A DNA stretch of 64,000 nt from a virus (Duplodnaviria; Caudoviricetes): the IMG/VR virus record IMGVR_UViG_2974673715_000001, positions 96,001-160,000 of that record; one strand, given 5' to 3'. Every line of letters starts with the position of its first letter. Position 1 is the first letter of the stretch. A program made the translations under genes and the position numbers. The notes beneath the pieces are model-generated. The model did not search any database. It saw nothing but the letters and a program-made list of their open reading frames with translations, and was not told where the DNA came from. This document shows positions 46,961 through 57,253 of the stretch, in pieces.

Positions 46961-47923
46961 ATGAAAGCATTAGCAATTGCATTGCTTCCTTTACTATTCA
47001 CAAGTGGTTGTGCAAATGCAAGAACAAGGTTGAGTGGTGCAGGTGCATCATTCCCATCTAAAATCTATACTCGTTGGTTCTCAGACGTAGCAAAATCTGG
47101 TGGAGCAAGAGTAAACTATCAGGCAGTTGGTTCTGGTAGTGGAAGAAAAGCATTTATTGACGAGACCGTAAACTTCGGTGCGTCTGATGATCCTATGAAA
47201 CAAAAGGACATAGACAAAGTAACAAGAGGATTAGTTCAGATACCTATGACAGGTGGAACTATCGCATTTGGATATAACAATCCTGATTGTGATCTAAAAC
47301 TTACACAACAACAGGCAGTTGAAGTTGCTATGGGTATCATCACTAACTGGAAAGAAGTTGGATGTGATGATCAGAGGATGACTTGGGCACATCGTTCAGA
47401 TGGTTCTGGAACAACCAAGGCATTTACAAGTAGTATGCAAGCATTCTCTCCTACATGGACACTAGGCACAGGTAAATCTGTAGCGTGGCCAACAGGTGTG
47501 GGTGGTAAAGGTAACGCAGGAGTCGCAGGAGTAATTAAAAATACACCTGGTTCAATTGGATATGTGAATCAATCTTATATTGATGATGTTGTAAGACCCG
47601 CAGCATTACAAAACAAGTGGGGTGACTTTGTAAAACCATCAGTTGACGCAGGATCAAAGGCACTTAACGGTATCACTCTTGATGAGAACCTTGCAGGAAC
47701 AAATCCAAATCCAGAAGCAGAAGGAGCGTATCCGATTGCAACTTTGACTTGGATACTTGCATATGAAACAGGTAACGGTAAGAATACAGATGCAATCAAG
47801 ACAACTTTATCAACTCTATTGAGTGATGAGTATCAAGATAAAGCAGGTAAGTTAGGATTCGTTCCTCTTAAAGGTGACATTCTTGAGAAGGCAAGAGCAG
47901 CAGTTGACAAGATCGGTAAATAG
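46961..47923 (+). CDS. pstS: Phosphate-binding protein PstS
   Basis: LSGAGASFP, VNYQAVGSGSG, FGASD and HRSDGSGTT motifs. Confidence 0.96.
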   Translation: MKALAIALLPLLFTSGCANARTRLSGAGASFPSKIYTRWFSDVAKSGGARVNYQAVGSGSGRKAFIDETVNFGASDDPMKQKDIDKVTRGLVQIPMTGGTIAFGYNNPDCDLKLTQQQAVEVAMGIITNWKEVGCDDQRMTWAHRSDGSGTTKAFTSSMQAFSPTWTLGTGKSVAWPTGVGGKGNAGVAGVIKNTPGSIGYVNQSYIDDVVRPAALQNKWGDFVKPSVDAGSKALNGITLDENLAGTNPNPEAEGAYPIATLTWILAYETGNGKNTDAIKTTLSTLLSDEYQDKAGKLGFVPLKGDILEKARAAVDKIGK

Positions 47924-47954
47924 TTTTATAATATAAACGTATCGTAATTATTTT

Positions 47955-48338
47955 ATGAGTGTAAGAATCGTACGAACAAGAAACGGTGAAGATGTTATCT
48001 GTGATCTTTATGAGGTCACAACTAAAGAAGATCCAAGTAAAGCAGTAGCATTTCAACTTAACAATCCATACATTGTATGGTTGCAAGGAAAGAAAACTGA
48101 AGAACCTAAAATTCTTGTTGAAGATGATGCAGGTGACATTGTAAGTAAAATCAAAGATCCCGATATCTACTTCCAACCTTGGATTCCTCTGTCTTCTAAC
48201 AAACAAATTCTTTTGAAGTTAGAGGAAGTGGTAACCGCATATGAGACCTATCCAGAGGTCATCACTAAATACAACACATTAATCGAGGCAGATGGAGGAA
48301 AACCAAATCAAACTCCTGTTGATGAATCAACGGAGTGA
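47955..48338 (+). CDS. Hypothetical protein (Sm-like family)
   Basis: RTRNGEDVI...FQPWIPLS motifs. Confidence 0.7.
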   Translation: MSVRIVRTRNGEDVICDLYEVTTKEDPSKAVAFQLNNPYIVWLQGKKTEEPKILVEDDAGDIVSKIKDPDIYFQPWIPLSSNKQILLKLEEVVTAYETYPEVITKYNTLIEADGGKPNQTPVDESTE

Positions 48339-48537
48339 ATACCTTATTGGAAAGGTAACAGAGTTAGATGAGGAACCTAGTATCCTTATCGAAAAATGCT
48401 ATGAAGTGACGGGTGAGGATACCATGATCCCGTTTCCAAAATACAGTTCACAACGTGATGTCTTCTTGACATCTGAAAATATCTTGAGTATACTAGATCC
48501 GACACCAAAACTGTTGGAAATCTACAATAAATTATGA
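48292..48537 (+). CDS. Hypothetical protein
   Basis: GAGG SD; ATGA-coupled to g43. Confidence 0.65.
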   Translation: MEENQIKLLLMNQRSEYLIGKVTELDEEPSILIEKCYEVTGEDTMIPFPKYSSQRDVFLTSENILSILDPTPKLLEIYNKL

Positions 48538-51020
48538 GTTCTTTCTACACCAACATTCAACTAGCTGGTGACACTATACTTTACAGAGGGTATGAGAATG
48601 GAGAAGCGGTTCAATATCGCACATCCTTTTCTCCTACCCTTTATGTTTTGTCTAAGAAAAAAGAAAAGTTTACAACACTAGATGGGAGATATGTGTCTCC
48701 TGTCAAGTTTCATAATGCAAGAGAAGCAAGAGAGTTCATCAAACAGTATGAACATGTAGATAATTTTGAAGTTCATGGTTACGAAAGATTTGTTTATCAA
48801 TTCATTCGTCAGCAGTATCCAGATGATGTTGACTTCCACATTGATCAGATGAAAATCTATGCATTGGACATCGAGGTTCAATGTGAGAATGGATTCCCTG
48901 ATGTAGAAGCAGCAGCAGAAGAAATGCTATCAATCACCATCAAAGATATGGTGACTAAAAAATATTACAGTTGGACAACTAGAGAGTTTGATGCACCAGA
49001 TAATCTAGAGTTGAATGTCTCTTGGACAGAACAAGAGATGCTTACAAACTTTATTACATGGTGGGCACAAAACACTCCAGACATTCTAACTGGTTGGAAC
49101 GTTAACTTGTATGACGTCCCATACATTGCTCGTCGAGTCAATCGTATTCTCGGTGAGAAATGGATGAAGAGTTTATCCCCATGGAATCGTGCAAATGAAA
49201 GAGAAGTATACGTCCAAGGTAGGAGGAATTACGCTTATGATATCTCTGGTGTTAATATCCTTGATTACCTCGACCTATATCGTAAGTTTACATACTCAAA
49301 TCAGGAGTCTTATAGACTCGATCACATTGCCTTTGTCGAACTCGGACAAAGAAAAGTAAATCATGATGAGTATGAAAACTTCAAAGACTTCTATACATCT
49401 GATTGGCAGAAGTTTATGGAATACAACATTCAAGACGTTGAGTTGATTGACCGTCTTGAAGATAAGATGAAGTTGCTAGAACTAGCAATTACAATGTCTT
49501 ATGATGCCAAAGCAAACTTTGAAGATGTGTATAGTCAGGTTCGTATGTGGGATACGATGATATATAACTATCTTACAGATAGAAACGTTGTTGTTCCCCC
49601 TCGAAAAGGAGCGAAGAAAGATGAAAAATACGCAGGAGCGTATGTCAAAGAACCGAAACCAGGATGCTATGATTGGGTTGTCAGTTTTGACCTCAATAGC
49701 CTGTATCCTCATCTTATTATGCAATACAATATCTCGCCCGAAACACTCAGGGAGACTAGACATCCCAGTGCAAGCGTTGAGAGAATCCTCAATCAGGAGT
49801 TGGAGATAAAGGAAGACTATTGTGTATGTGCAAACGGTGCCATGTATCGAAAAGATATTCATGGTTTCCTGCCAGAGATGATGCAGAAGATCTACGATGA
49901 ACGTACGATCTACAAAAAGAAAATGCTTGCTGCAAAACAGCAACATGAAAACTCACCATCTAACAAACTAGTTGCTGACATTTCAAAGTTCAACAACATT
50001 CAAATGGCAAGAAAGATTCAACTTAACTCTGCCTATGGTGCTATCGGAAATCAATACTTCCGATACTACAATCTGGCAAATGCTGAGGCAATTACTTTGT
50101 CAGGGCAAGTTTCAATCCGTTGGATCGAAAACAAAATGAACGAGTATCTCAACAAGATACTCAAAACTACAGGAGAAGATTATGTTATTGCTAGTGATAC
50201 TGATAGTATCTACCTCAATTTGGGTCCTCTGGTCGAGGCTGTATACAAGGGGAGAGAGGCAACTGATTCGAGCATCGTCTCTTTCCTTAATAAGGTGTGT
50301 GAGGTGGAACTTGAAAAATATATTACTAGTTCTTATGAAGCGTTGGCCACATATGTAAACGCATACGAACAGAAGATGGTCATGAAGCGTGAGAATATTG
50401 CCAACAAAGGTATCTGGACTGCCAAGAAAAGATATATTCTCAACGTTTGGGATAGTGAGGGTGTTCGCTATGAGAAACCTAAACTTAAGATCATGGGTAT
50501 CGAAGCAGTTAAATCTTCTACACCTGCAGCATGTCGAACATCTATTCGTGATTGCCTAACAGTTATCATGAATGAAGATGAAGAGTCTGCACAGGGGTTT
50601 ATTGCTGACTTCAAAAATCATTTTTCTTCTTTACCTATTGAAGACATCTCATTTCCTAGAGGTTGTAACAATCTAAATAAGTGGTCGAACCCTACAACGA
50701 TCTATAGCAAAGGGACACCTATACATGTGAGAGGGGCACTGTTATATAACTTTTATAATAAGAAAAACAAACTTACTCACAAGTATCCCTTAATTCAAGA
50801 TGGAGAGAAGATCAAGTTCGTCTATTTGAAGACTCCAAACAAAATCAACGAGAACATTATCAGTTATCTTAATACGTTCCCGAAAGAGTTTGGACTTGAC
50901 AAACAGGTGGATTATGATCTACAATTTGAGAAGAGTTTCTTAGAACCCATCAAAGTGATTATGGACGTCATTGGTTGGCAACCAGAAAAAATCGCATCAT
51001 TGGAGTTTCTATTTTCATGA
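48534..51020 (+). CDS. g43: Family B DNA polymerase gp43
   Basis: DIEV exonuclease, SFDLNSLYP, KIQLNSAYG and SDTDS motifs. Confidence 0.98.
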   Translation: MSSFYTNIQLAGDTILYRGYENGEAVQYRTSFSPTLYVLSKKKEKFTTLDGRYVSPVKFHNAREAREFIKQYEHVDNFEVHGYERFVYQFIRQQYPDDVDFHIDQMKIYALDIEVQCENGFPDVEAAAEEMLSITIKDMVTKKYYSWTTREFDAPDNLELNVSWTEQEMLTNFITWWAQNTPDILTGWNVNLYDVPYIARRVNRILGEKWMKSLSPWNRANEREVYVQGRRNYAYDISGVNILDYLDLYRKFTYSNQESYRLDHIAFVELGQRKVNHDEYENFKDFYTSDWQKFMEYNIQDVELIDRLEDKMKLLELAITMSYDAKANFEDVYSQVRMWDTMIYNYLTDRNVVVPPRKGAKKDEKYAGAYVKEPKPGCYDWVVSFDLNSLYPHLIMQYNISPETLRETRHPSASVERILNQELEIKEDYCVCANGAMYRKDIHGFLPEMMQKIYDERTIYKKKMLAAKQQHENSPSNKLVADISKFNNIQMARKIQLNSAYGAIGNQYFRYYNLANAEAITLSGQVSIRWIENKMNEYLNKILKTTGEDYVIASDTDSIYLNLGPLVEAVYKGREATDSSIVSFLNKVCEVELEKYITSSYEALATYVNAYEQKMVMKRENIANKGIWTAKKRYILNVWDSEGVRYEKPKLKIMGIEAVKSSTPAACRTSIRDCLTVIMNEDEESAQGFIADFKNHFSSLPIEDISFPRGCNNLNKWSNPTTIYSKGTPIHVRGALLYNFYNKKNKLTHKYPLIQDGEKIKFVYLKTPNKINENIISYLNTFPKEFGLDKQVDYDLQFEKSFLEPIKVIMDVIGWQPEKIASLEFLFS

Positions 51021-51163
51021 AATATGTTGTTGAATACCAAAAAGCATTTGGTATCCCAGACAAAAGAGAACAAGTTTTTGACGATGAGTCAGAAGCAAAA
51101 TGGTTTGAACGTGCTATGAAACGTACGAACTTTATTACTAAAATTACGGAGGTTGACGAGTGA
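51017..51163 (+). CDS. Small hypothetical protein
   Basis: ATGA/GTGA-coupled between g43 and uvsX. Confidence 0.65.
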   Translation: MKYVVEYQKAFGIPDKREQVFDDESEAKWFERAMKRTNFITKITEVDE

Positions 51164-52170
51164 GTTTTCTGAAGACAGTTGTATCAGAAATTGGAAATGA
51201 ATATGCAGGACTAGTATCAGACGGAGTTTCTGCAGGTGATACAAAAGATTATATTGATACTGGTTCTTATGTCTTTAATGCCTTAGTTTCTGGATCAATT
51301 TATGGCGGTGTGCCAAGCAATAAAATCACAGCGATTGCAGGTGAATCATCAACTGGTAAAACTTTCTTTTGCCTTGGTATTGTGCAACACTTTTTAGATT
51401 CTGATCCTGATGCAGGTGTAATTTATTTTGAATCTGAGTCTGCTATTAGCAAACAAATGATTGTTGATAGAGGTATTGATGCAGATAGAATGATGATCGT
51501 TCCTGTGTCTACTATCGAAGAGTTTAGAACTCAATCCTGCAGGATTCTTGACAAATATATGGAACAGAAAGAGTCTGATCGCAAACCTATGATGTTTGTA
51601 TTAGATTCTCTTGGTATGCTTGCTAGTAATAAAGAAGTTGAAGACGTTGCTAATGATAAGAATGTCAGGGATATGACAAAAAGTCAACTAATTAAAGGTG
51701 CGTTTCGTGTTCTTACGCTAAAATTAGGTAAAGCAAACGTTCCTATGCTCGTAACGAATCATACATATGATGTCATAGGAAGTTATATTCCAACGAAAGA
51801 AATGGGAGGTGGAAGTGGACTCAAATACGCTTCATCAACAATTGTATATCTATCAAAGAAGAAGGAAAAAGATGGTACGGAGGTTGTTGGAAATATTATC
51901 AAATGTAAAGCCCAAAAATCCCGACTAACAAAAGAGAATTCTATTGTAGAGACACGGTTATATTATGATCGTGGACTTGATAGGTATTATGGATTACTAG
52001 AATTAGGTGAAAAGCATGGAGTATTCACACGCAAAGGTAATCGTATTATGGTTGGTGAAACTTCTGTATATCCTAAATCCATTCTTGCTGATCCCGAAAA
52101 GTATTTTACTGATGAAGTAATGGAAGCATTAGACGAGGCAGCAAAGAAGGAGTTTCGATATGGTCACTAA
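51160..52170 (+). CDS. uvsX: RecA-like recombinase UvsX
   Basis: [15 protein letters not shown] and [10 protein letters not shown] motifs. Confidence 0.96.
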   Translation: MSFLKTVVSEIGNEYAGLVSDGVSAGDTKDYIDTGSYVFNALVSGSIYGGVPSNKITAIAGESSTGKTFFCLGIVQHFLDSDPDAGVIYFESESAISKQMIVDRGIDADRMMIVPVSTIEEFRTQSCRILDKYMEQKESDRKPMMFVLDSLGMLASNKEVEDVANDKNVRDMTKSQLIKGAFRVLTLKLGKANVPMLVTNHTYDVIGSYIPTKEMGGGSGLKYASSTIVYLSKKKEKDGTEVVGNIIKCKAQKSRLTKENSIVETRLYYDRGLDRYYGLLELGEKHGVFTRKGNRIMVGETSVYPKSILADPEKYFTDEVMEALDEAAKKEFRYGH

Positions 52171-52732
52171 TCTTACTGACTACATTAAATGCTATGATGA
52201 TATGTTTGAAGAGGATTTTTGTAAATCTGTAATTCAAACATTCACTGAATCATATAGAGATGTTACTCGTATAGATAGAGAACAAAGACCAACCTTTAAT
52301 GAGTTGAATATCTCACAAAGGTTTATGGCAAAAGATCCTGCATGGATGAGTATTCAGAAACATATACAGACAGTCTTTATTGATATTGTCAAAGTTTATA
52401 TGAATGCTTTACAGTGTGAACCAGATTTTCCTGCAAAATATTCTTTTGAAGAGTTTAGAATTAAACAATATAATAATGATGGACTAGATCAATTTAAAGA
52501 TCATGTAGATGTAGGAGACTATAATTCTGCTCGTAGATTTCTAGTGATGTTTTTATATTTGAATGACGTTGACGATGGTGGACAAACTAATTTTCCTAGA
52601 TTGAACTATGCAGTTTCACCTAAACGTGGTAGAATATTATTATTCCCTGCTACATGGCAGTATCGTCACTCAGGATTGCCACCTGAGTCTGACAAAAAGT
52701 ACATTGTTGGAACTTATTTACACTACCTATGA
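52160..52732 (+). CDS. 2OG-Fe(II) oxygenase
   Basis: [14 protein letters not shown] and [11 protein letters not shown] motifs. Confidence 0.88.
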   Translation: MVTNLTDYIKCYDDMFEEDFCKSVIQTFTESYRDVTRIDREQRPTFNELNISQRFMAKDPAWMSIQKHIQTVFIDIVKVYMNALQCEPDFPAKYSFEEFRIKQYNNDGLDQFKDHVDVGDYNSARRFLVMFLYLNDVDDGGQTNFPRLNYAVSPKRGRILLFPATWQYRHSGLPPESDKKYIVGTYLHYL

Positions 52733-54108
52733 ATCTCGAAGTCACGATTCTATGTAATCTCTTGTATAATGAGAAGTATGCAAGGAAGGTTCTTCCTTTC
52801 TTGAAGGTAGATTATTTTACCGTACGTTCTTACAAGATTATCTTTCTTGAACTACATGAATACATTAGTCAGTATGATGCATTGCCATCTCTGAACGCAC
52901 TTAGTATTGAATGTCAAGAAAGAAATGATCTTACAGAAGAACAATTTAAAGAAATTGTTGAGGTTTTAAATGTCCTTTCCGATGATCCCAAAGACCACGA
53001 CTGGCTCGTGGATTCTACAGAAAAGTGGTGTCAAGAGCGTGCGATCTACTTATCGCTTATGGAATCTGTTAAGATTGCTGACGGTCAAGATACCAAACGC
53101 GATAAGGGTGCTATTCCGCAGATTCTTTCAGAAGCATTAGGAGTATCATTTGATCAACATGTCGGTCACGATTATGTTGAGAACGCTACTGATCGTTTTG
53201 AATATTATCATAGAAAGGAAGACAAGATTCCTTTTGATCTGGAGTTTTTCAATAAGATTACTAAGGGTGGTTTAGTAAACAAATCACTAAACATTGTTCT
53301 TGCAGGAACAGGTGTTGGTAAATCTTTGGTTATGTGTCACTTTGCTGCATCAACTTTATTGCAAGGCAAGAATGTTTTATACATTACTTGTGAAATGGCA
53401 GAAGAAAAGATTGCAGAACGTATTGATGCAAACCTTTTAAATGTTCCTATTCAAAAACTCGCTGATCTACCACACCCAATCTTTGAGAAGAAGATTAAAA
53501 CACTAGCAAAGAAAACTCAGGGTAAACTTATTATCAAAGAATATCCTACAGCGTCAGCACATGTAGGTCATTTTAAATCTCTTATCAATGATCTTGCATT
53601 GAAGAGAAGTATTAGACCTGATATTATCTTTGTAGATTATCTAAACATCTGTGCTTCCCAGAGATACAAAGGAAGTATTGTTAATTCTTATACCTATGTT
53701 AAAGCAATTGCTGAAGAACTTAGAGGACTTGCGGTGGAATGTAACGTCCCGATTGTCTCCGCGACACAAACGACTCGCTCTGGTTTTGGGTCTACTGATA
53801 TTGATCTCACTGATACGAGTGAATCCTTTGGTCTCCCTGCTACTGCTGACCTCATGTTTGCTCTTATCTCGACTGAGGAACTTGAGGGGATGAATCAAAT
53901 TATGGTCAAACAACTTAAGAATCGCTATAATGATCCTACTATGAATAAAAGATTTTGTGTAGGTATTGACAGAGCGAAGATGAGGTTGTATGATGTAGAG
54001 GAGTCTGCTCAAGATGACCTTGTTGATTCTGGTCAAGAAGAAGAGAAGGTTGATCTTGTCAAACGATTTACATCAAAGAAAACTTTTAGTGAACTAAAGT
54101 ATGATTGA
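52729..54108 (+). CDS. g41: Replicative helicase gp41
   Basis: AGTGVGKS, VDYLNI and SESFGLPATAD motifs. Confidence 0.97.
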   Translation: MNLEVTILCNLLYNEKYARKVLPFLKVDYFTVRSYKIIFLELHEYISQYDALPSLNALSIECQERNDLTEEQFKEIVEVLNVLSDDPKDHDWLVDSTEKWCQERAIYLSLMESVKIADGQDTKRDKGAIPQILSEALGVSFDQHVGHDYVENATDRFEYYHRKEDKIPFDLEFFNKITKGGLVNKSLNIVLAGTGVGKSLVMCHFAASTLLQGKNVLYITCEMAEEKIAERIDANLLNVPIQKLADLPHPIFEKKIKTLAKKTQGKLIIKEYPTASAHVGHFKSLINDLALKRSIRPDIIFVDYLNICASQRYKGSIVNSYTYVKAIAEELRGLAVECNVPIVSATQTTRSGFGSTDIDLTDTSESFGLPATADLMFALISTEELEGMNQIMVKQLKNRYNDPTMNKRFCVGIDRAKMRLYDVEESAQDDLVDSGQEEEKVDLVKRFTSKKTFSELKYD

Positions 54109-54502
54109 TTTTAAGAAGTATACTGAATTTGTAAATGCTGTTACATCTGAAGAGAGTAAGTATAGTGGTCATTTCCAAGATCGTTTAAGAGAATTAGATT
54201 ATAAAGACTTCTCTTCACATAGAGCATTAACTGCTGCACTCGGACTATGTGCTGAGTCAGGAGAATTTACTGAGATAGTAAAGAAGATATTATTTCAAGG
54301 TAAACCAGTTACTGAAGAGAATCTATTTCATATGAAACGTGAACTAGGTGATATCATGTGGTATTTTATACAGGCATGTATAGTATTAGATGTATCACCA
54401 GAAGAGGTTATAGAAATGAATGTAGATAAGTTGAAGAGCAGATATCCTGGTGGAGAGTTTGATCCCCACTATTCTGAAAATCGTAAACAAGGAGATGTTT
54501 AA
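54101..54502 (+). CDS. mazG: MazG nucleotide pyrophosphohydrolase
   Basis: AESGEFTEIVKK, RELGDIMWY and KLKSRYP motifs. Confidence 0.92.
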   Translation: MIDFKKYTEFVNAVTSEESKYSGHFQDRLRELDYKDFSSHRALTAALGLCAESGEFTEIVKKILFQGKPVTEENLFHMKRELGDIMWYFIQACIVLDVSPEEVIEMNVDKLKSRYPGGEFDPHYSENRKQGDV

Positions 54503-54729
54503 TGGTAGGACCTGGTGAATACATGGCAGTTGTTAGTGATCTTGCTAACGCATACAATACTATTGAATGGAAAGATGCTATTCCATTTTTGATTTGTATT
54601 ATTGGACTTTATTGGATTAAAGTTAAAATCGATACAAGTTTAGGACTTGGTAAAAAGAAATCAAGAGAACTAAAAAAAATTATTGTTGATGCAATAGTTG
54701 AAGGTCATCAGAAAGCACATAGATCCTGA
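54502..54729 (+). CDS. Small membrane hypothetical protein
   Basis: One hydrophobic helix; TAATG coupling. Confidence 0.6.
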   Translation: MVGPGEYMAVVSDLANAYNTIEWKDAIPFLICIIGLYWIKVKIDTSLGLGKKKSRELKKIIVDAIVEGHQKAHRS

Positions 54730-55085
54730 TGTTAGGTAAACTTGATCCAGAAGAAAGGGTTCTATCTGAAAAAAAGATAGAACCTATGCAATTGACAGCA
54801 GAGTTAATTGCTGAGATTAATTGTGCTATGGCACATACAAAGAAAGATGGCACATATAATTGGTTGCCTACTGATGAGTATGAAGTTCAAATAGCAGGTA
54901 CGTTTGCTGCCGATAGATTTATTGTTATCAAAAACAAAACAAAGAATCCAGTAGTCTCTGCTGAACCTCATCCTTACTTTGACTATGAGAAAAAAGTCTT
55001 TACCAAAGATGGTAGAGAGGAGTATATGAAAGAGTTTAAAATAAATAAAGATAAAGATAAAAAAGAAGATGGCGACAAACGCTAG
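54729..55085 (+). CDS. Hypothetical protein
   Basis: TGATG coupling; clean ORF. Confidence 0.65.
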   Translation: MLGKLDPEERVLSEKKIEPMQLTAELIAEINCAMAHTKKDGTYNWLPTDEYEVQIAGTFAADRFIVIKNKTKNPVVSAEPHPYFDYEKKVFTKDGREEYMKEFKINKDKDKKEDGDKR

Positions 55086-56244
55086 AGAAACTGCTAAACA
55101 AGAGAATGGTTCTAGAGTTTTTTTCGAGTCTGTAATCGAAAGAAACAAAGAACCATCCTTAAAAGAAATGGTAAAAGTCTATGAAGGATACGGTCCTGAA
55201 TGGAGATCAACATATCTTAAACAAACTGCAGCATTAAAAAAGTTTTTAGGATCTAATAAAGGGTATGAATATTCCAGAGATAAAGGAATCATGCCTTACA
55301 TTGAACACATTGCTAAGAAAGAGTGTGGTGTATCAGTAAAGGATCGTTGGAATCCTATGGATATTGTATTGGTTAAGAAGAGTGCAAAGAGAGTTGTAGA
55401 AGGAACTATAAAAGAAATTACTAACATTGATGGAATGAGTAAAGATGCAAAACTTACTCTACTCAATGCGTATATGCGTGAAGCATTGAACTCTAAAATT
55501 TTAATTGGTGTATCACTTAAAGCAATTGCAGCAAAGAAAAAAACTGCTAACGCAGATCTTGCAAATGCAGGTAGAACAACTGGTCAACCTACCATGGTTA
55601 ACATGGTTCCTAAATCTTTGAAGTGTACGTTAACTTTAGGAAAGAAAAGGAATTACCTATTTGATACTGGTGAACTTGGTTTTGATATAGTTACAGCGAA
55701 AGGCGGTAAAATACATGGTCAATCAAGAAATTTTCAGTATTCTAAGGAAAGAAATTTAGTTCAAACAGATCTCACTCCCAAAGGTAAAGACGCAGGAGCA
55801 AAACTTGGTAAAGTTTCTAGTGTTGCATTAGATAAATTTCTAGGAGATTTAAGATTAACTCGTCCAACTTCTGCAGCAAAACATAATCATATTCCTAGAG
55901 TTGGTGGTTGGACAGATAGAGATAAAAAATATTGGATTGACTTGTATAAAAAATTAGTTACATCTCGTATGATTGATTTTGGTGAAGTTGCTGTGTATGA
56001 AAATAACCAAAAGGTCGCTGAAGGTATCGAAGCAGTTATAGACTATGCAATTTCATACGAAACTCGTCAGGCGGATAGAAGTTCTGCAGGTAGATTCTCA
56101 TCTAAGTTAATTGCTATGGAGTGGGCACATATTTGGATGCAGATTGCTAAGATGAAGAAAATGCAACAGTGGTGCACAGCACTATACTATGGTGCAAAAA
56201 AAGAATTCGGTGATTCTAACGGTCCGTTCCTAAAGATATACTAG
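55069..56244 (+). CDS. Putative PD-(D/E)XK-fold endonuclease
   Basis: N-terminal QE helix, WNPMDI and GVSLK; basic protein. Confidence 0.5.
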   Translation: MATNARETAKQENGSRVFFESVIERNKEPSLKEMVKVYEGYGPEWRSTYLKQTAALKKFLGSNKGYEYSRDKGIMPYIEHIAKKECGVSVKDRWNPMDIVLVKKSAKRVVEGTIKEITNIDGMSKDAKLTLLNAYMREALNSKILIGVSLKAIAAKKKTANADLANAGRTTGQPTMVNMVPKSLKCTLTLGKKRNYLFDTGELGFDIVTAKGGKIHGQSRNFQYSKERNLVQTDLTPKGKDAGAKLGKVSSVALDKFLGDLRLTRPTSAAKHNHIPRVGGWTDRDKKYWIDLYKKLVTSRMIDFGEVAVYENNQKVAEGIEAVIDYAISYETRQADRSSAGRFSSKLIAMEWAHIWMQIAKMKKMQQWCTALYYGAKKEFGDSNGPFLKIY

Positions 56245-56323
56245 TCCAGTTTACAAAGTGTCCACTATCACTCGCATTTCACCCTCAGCGTGCTATAATA
56301 TTAGTATACAGACAGAGGACACC

Positions 56324-57253
56324 TTGCCTAACAAACACCTTGAACACCTTGAGGATCTGATCTTTACTGGTCGTAAGGAAACGTTGGATGCAGTTTGGTT
56401 TGCACTTAACAAACCAGAACTAAGCGTCAAGTGGGACGGTGCTCCTGCTATCGTCTTTGGCACCAATCCTGCAAATGGCAAATTCTTCGTTGGAACAAAA
56501 TCCGTTTTTAACAAACACAAGATCAAGATCTGTTATGATCAAACAGATATTGACGAACTTTACTCTGGCAACCTTGCGGACATTCTGCGCTTATGTCTTT
56601 GGAAGCTTCCTCGTATCAGTGGAATTGTCCAGGCTGACTGGATTGGAGTCGGAGGGGGTAGTGTTTATCGCCCTAATTGTTTGGAGTATCGTTTATCCTC
56701 TCCGATCCTTAGCGATATTATCCTTGCTCCACATACTTCTTATACCGAAGTTTCTCCAAATGCTGTTGGCAGCATTCGCCACGATCTACCTTCTACATTA
56801 TCTAATTGTTACTTTATAGGTAAGAAAGAGGCAGATGCATCTGTTGCTAAGACTCCTTTCTTCAACTGGGTCAAGTTTCTCAGCAGGTTGCCTAGATGTA
56901 AAGTGCCTAGCGAGAAGGTACGTCCACATATTCAGAAGCATATCAACAGGTTTTTCCGTTGTGATTTACCAATTCCTTCAGCAGAATTTTTGTATACTAC
57001 TTTACCTGATAAATATAAGTATGAAGTTAATGTTACCACATTCAAAGTGTGGCATATGTTGTTTCAATTGAAGCAGAGTTTATTGAAAAACATCGTTGTT
57101 GATGGAACTGTGAAATGCTACATAGATGGACAACCTTCAGAACATGAGGGTTTTGTAACTGTTTCAGATTCTCCCTACAAAATTGTAGATAGATTGACTT
57201 TTAGTAAAGCGAACTTCAACCTTAGTAAAAATTGGACGAATGAAAAAATTTAA
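56324..57253 (+). CDS. KxDG-motif (RNA-ligase-like) protein
   Basis: TTG start with GAGG after an early promoter; HLEHLED, SVKWDGAPA, HEGFV and KIVDR. Confidence 0.6.
   Translation: MPNKHLEHLEDLIFTGRKETLDAVWFALNKPELSVKWDGAPAIVFGTNPANGKFFVGTKSVFNKHKIKICYDQTDIDELYSGNLADILRLCLWKLPRISGIVQADWIGVGGGSVYRPNCLEYRLSSPILSDIILAPHTSYTEVSPNAVGSIRHDLPSTLSNCYFIGKKEADASVAKTPFFNWVKFLSRLPRCKVPSEKVRPHIQKHINRFFRCDLPIPSAEFLYTTLPDKYKYEVNVTTFKVWHMLFQLKQSLLKNIVVDGTVKCYIDGQPSEHEGFVTVSDSPYKIVDRLTFSKANFNLSKNWTNEKI

Noticed and set aside
49482-49946. 154-aa antisense ORF in g43
   Set aside because: Antisense shadow of a conserved gene with no independent signals.
48534-51020. Intron or intein in g43 (also checked g17, uvsW, g41, g20 and g23)
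   Set aside because: The ORFs are continuous and of ordinary length, with no splicing or homing-endonuclease motifs seen.
56258-56323. GTG start for the ligase-like gene
   Set aside because: It runs through the promoter itself; the TTG at 56324 has a GAGG SD.
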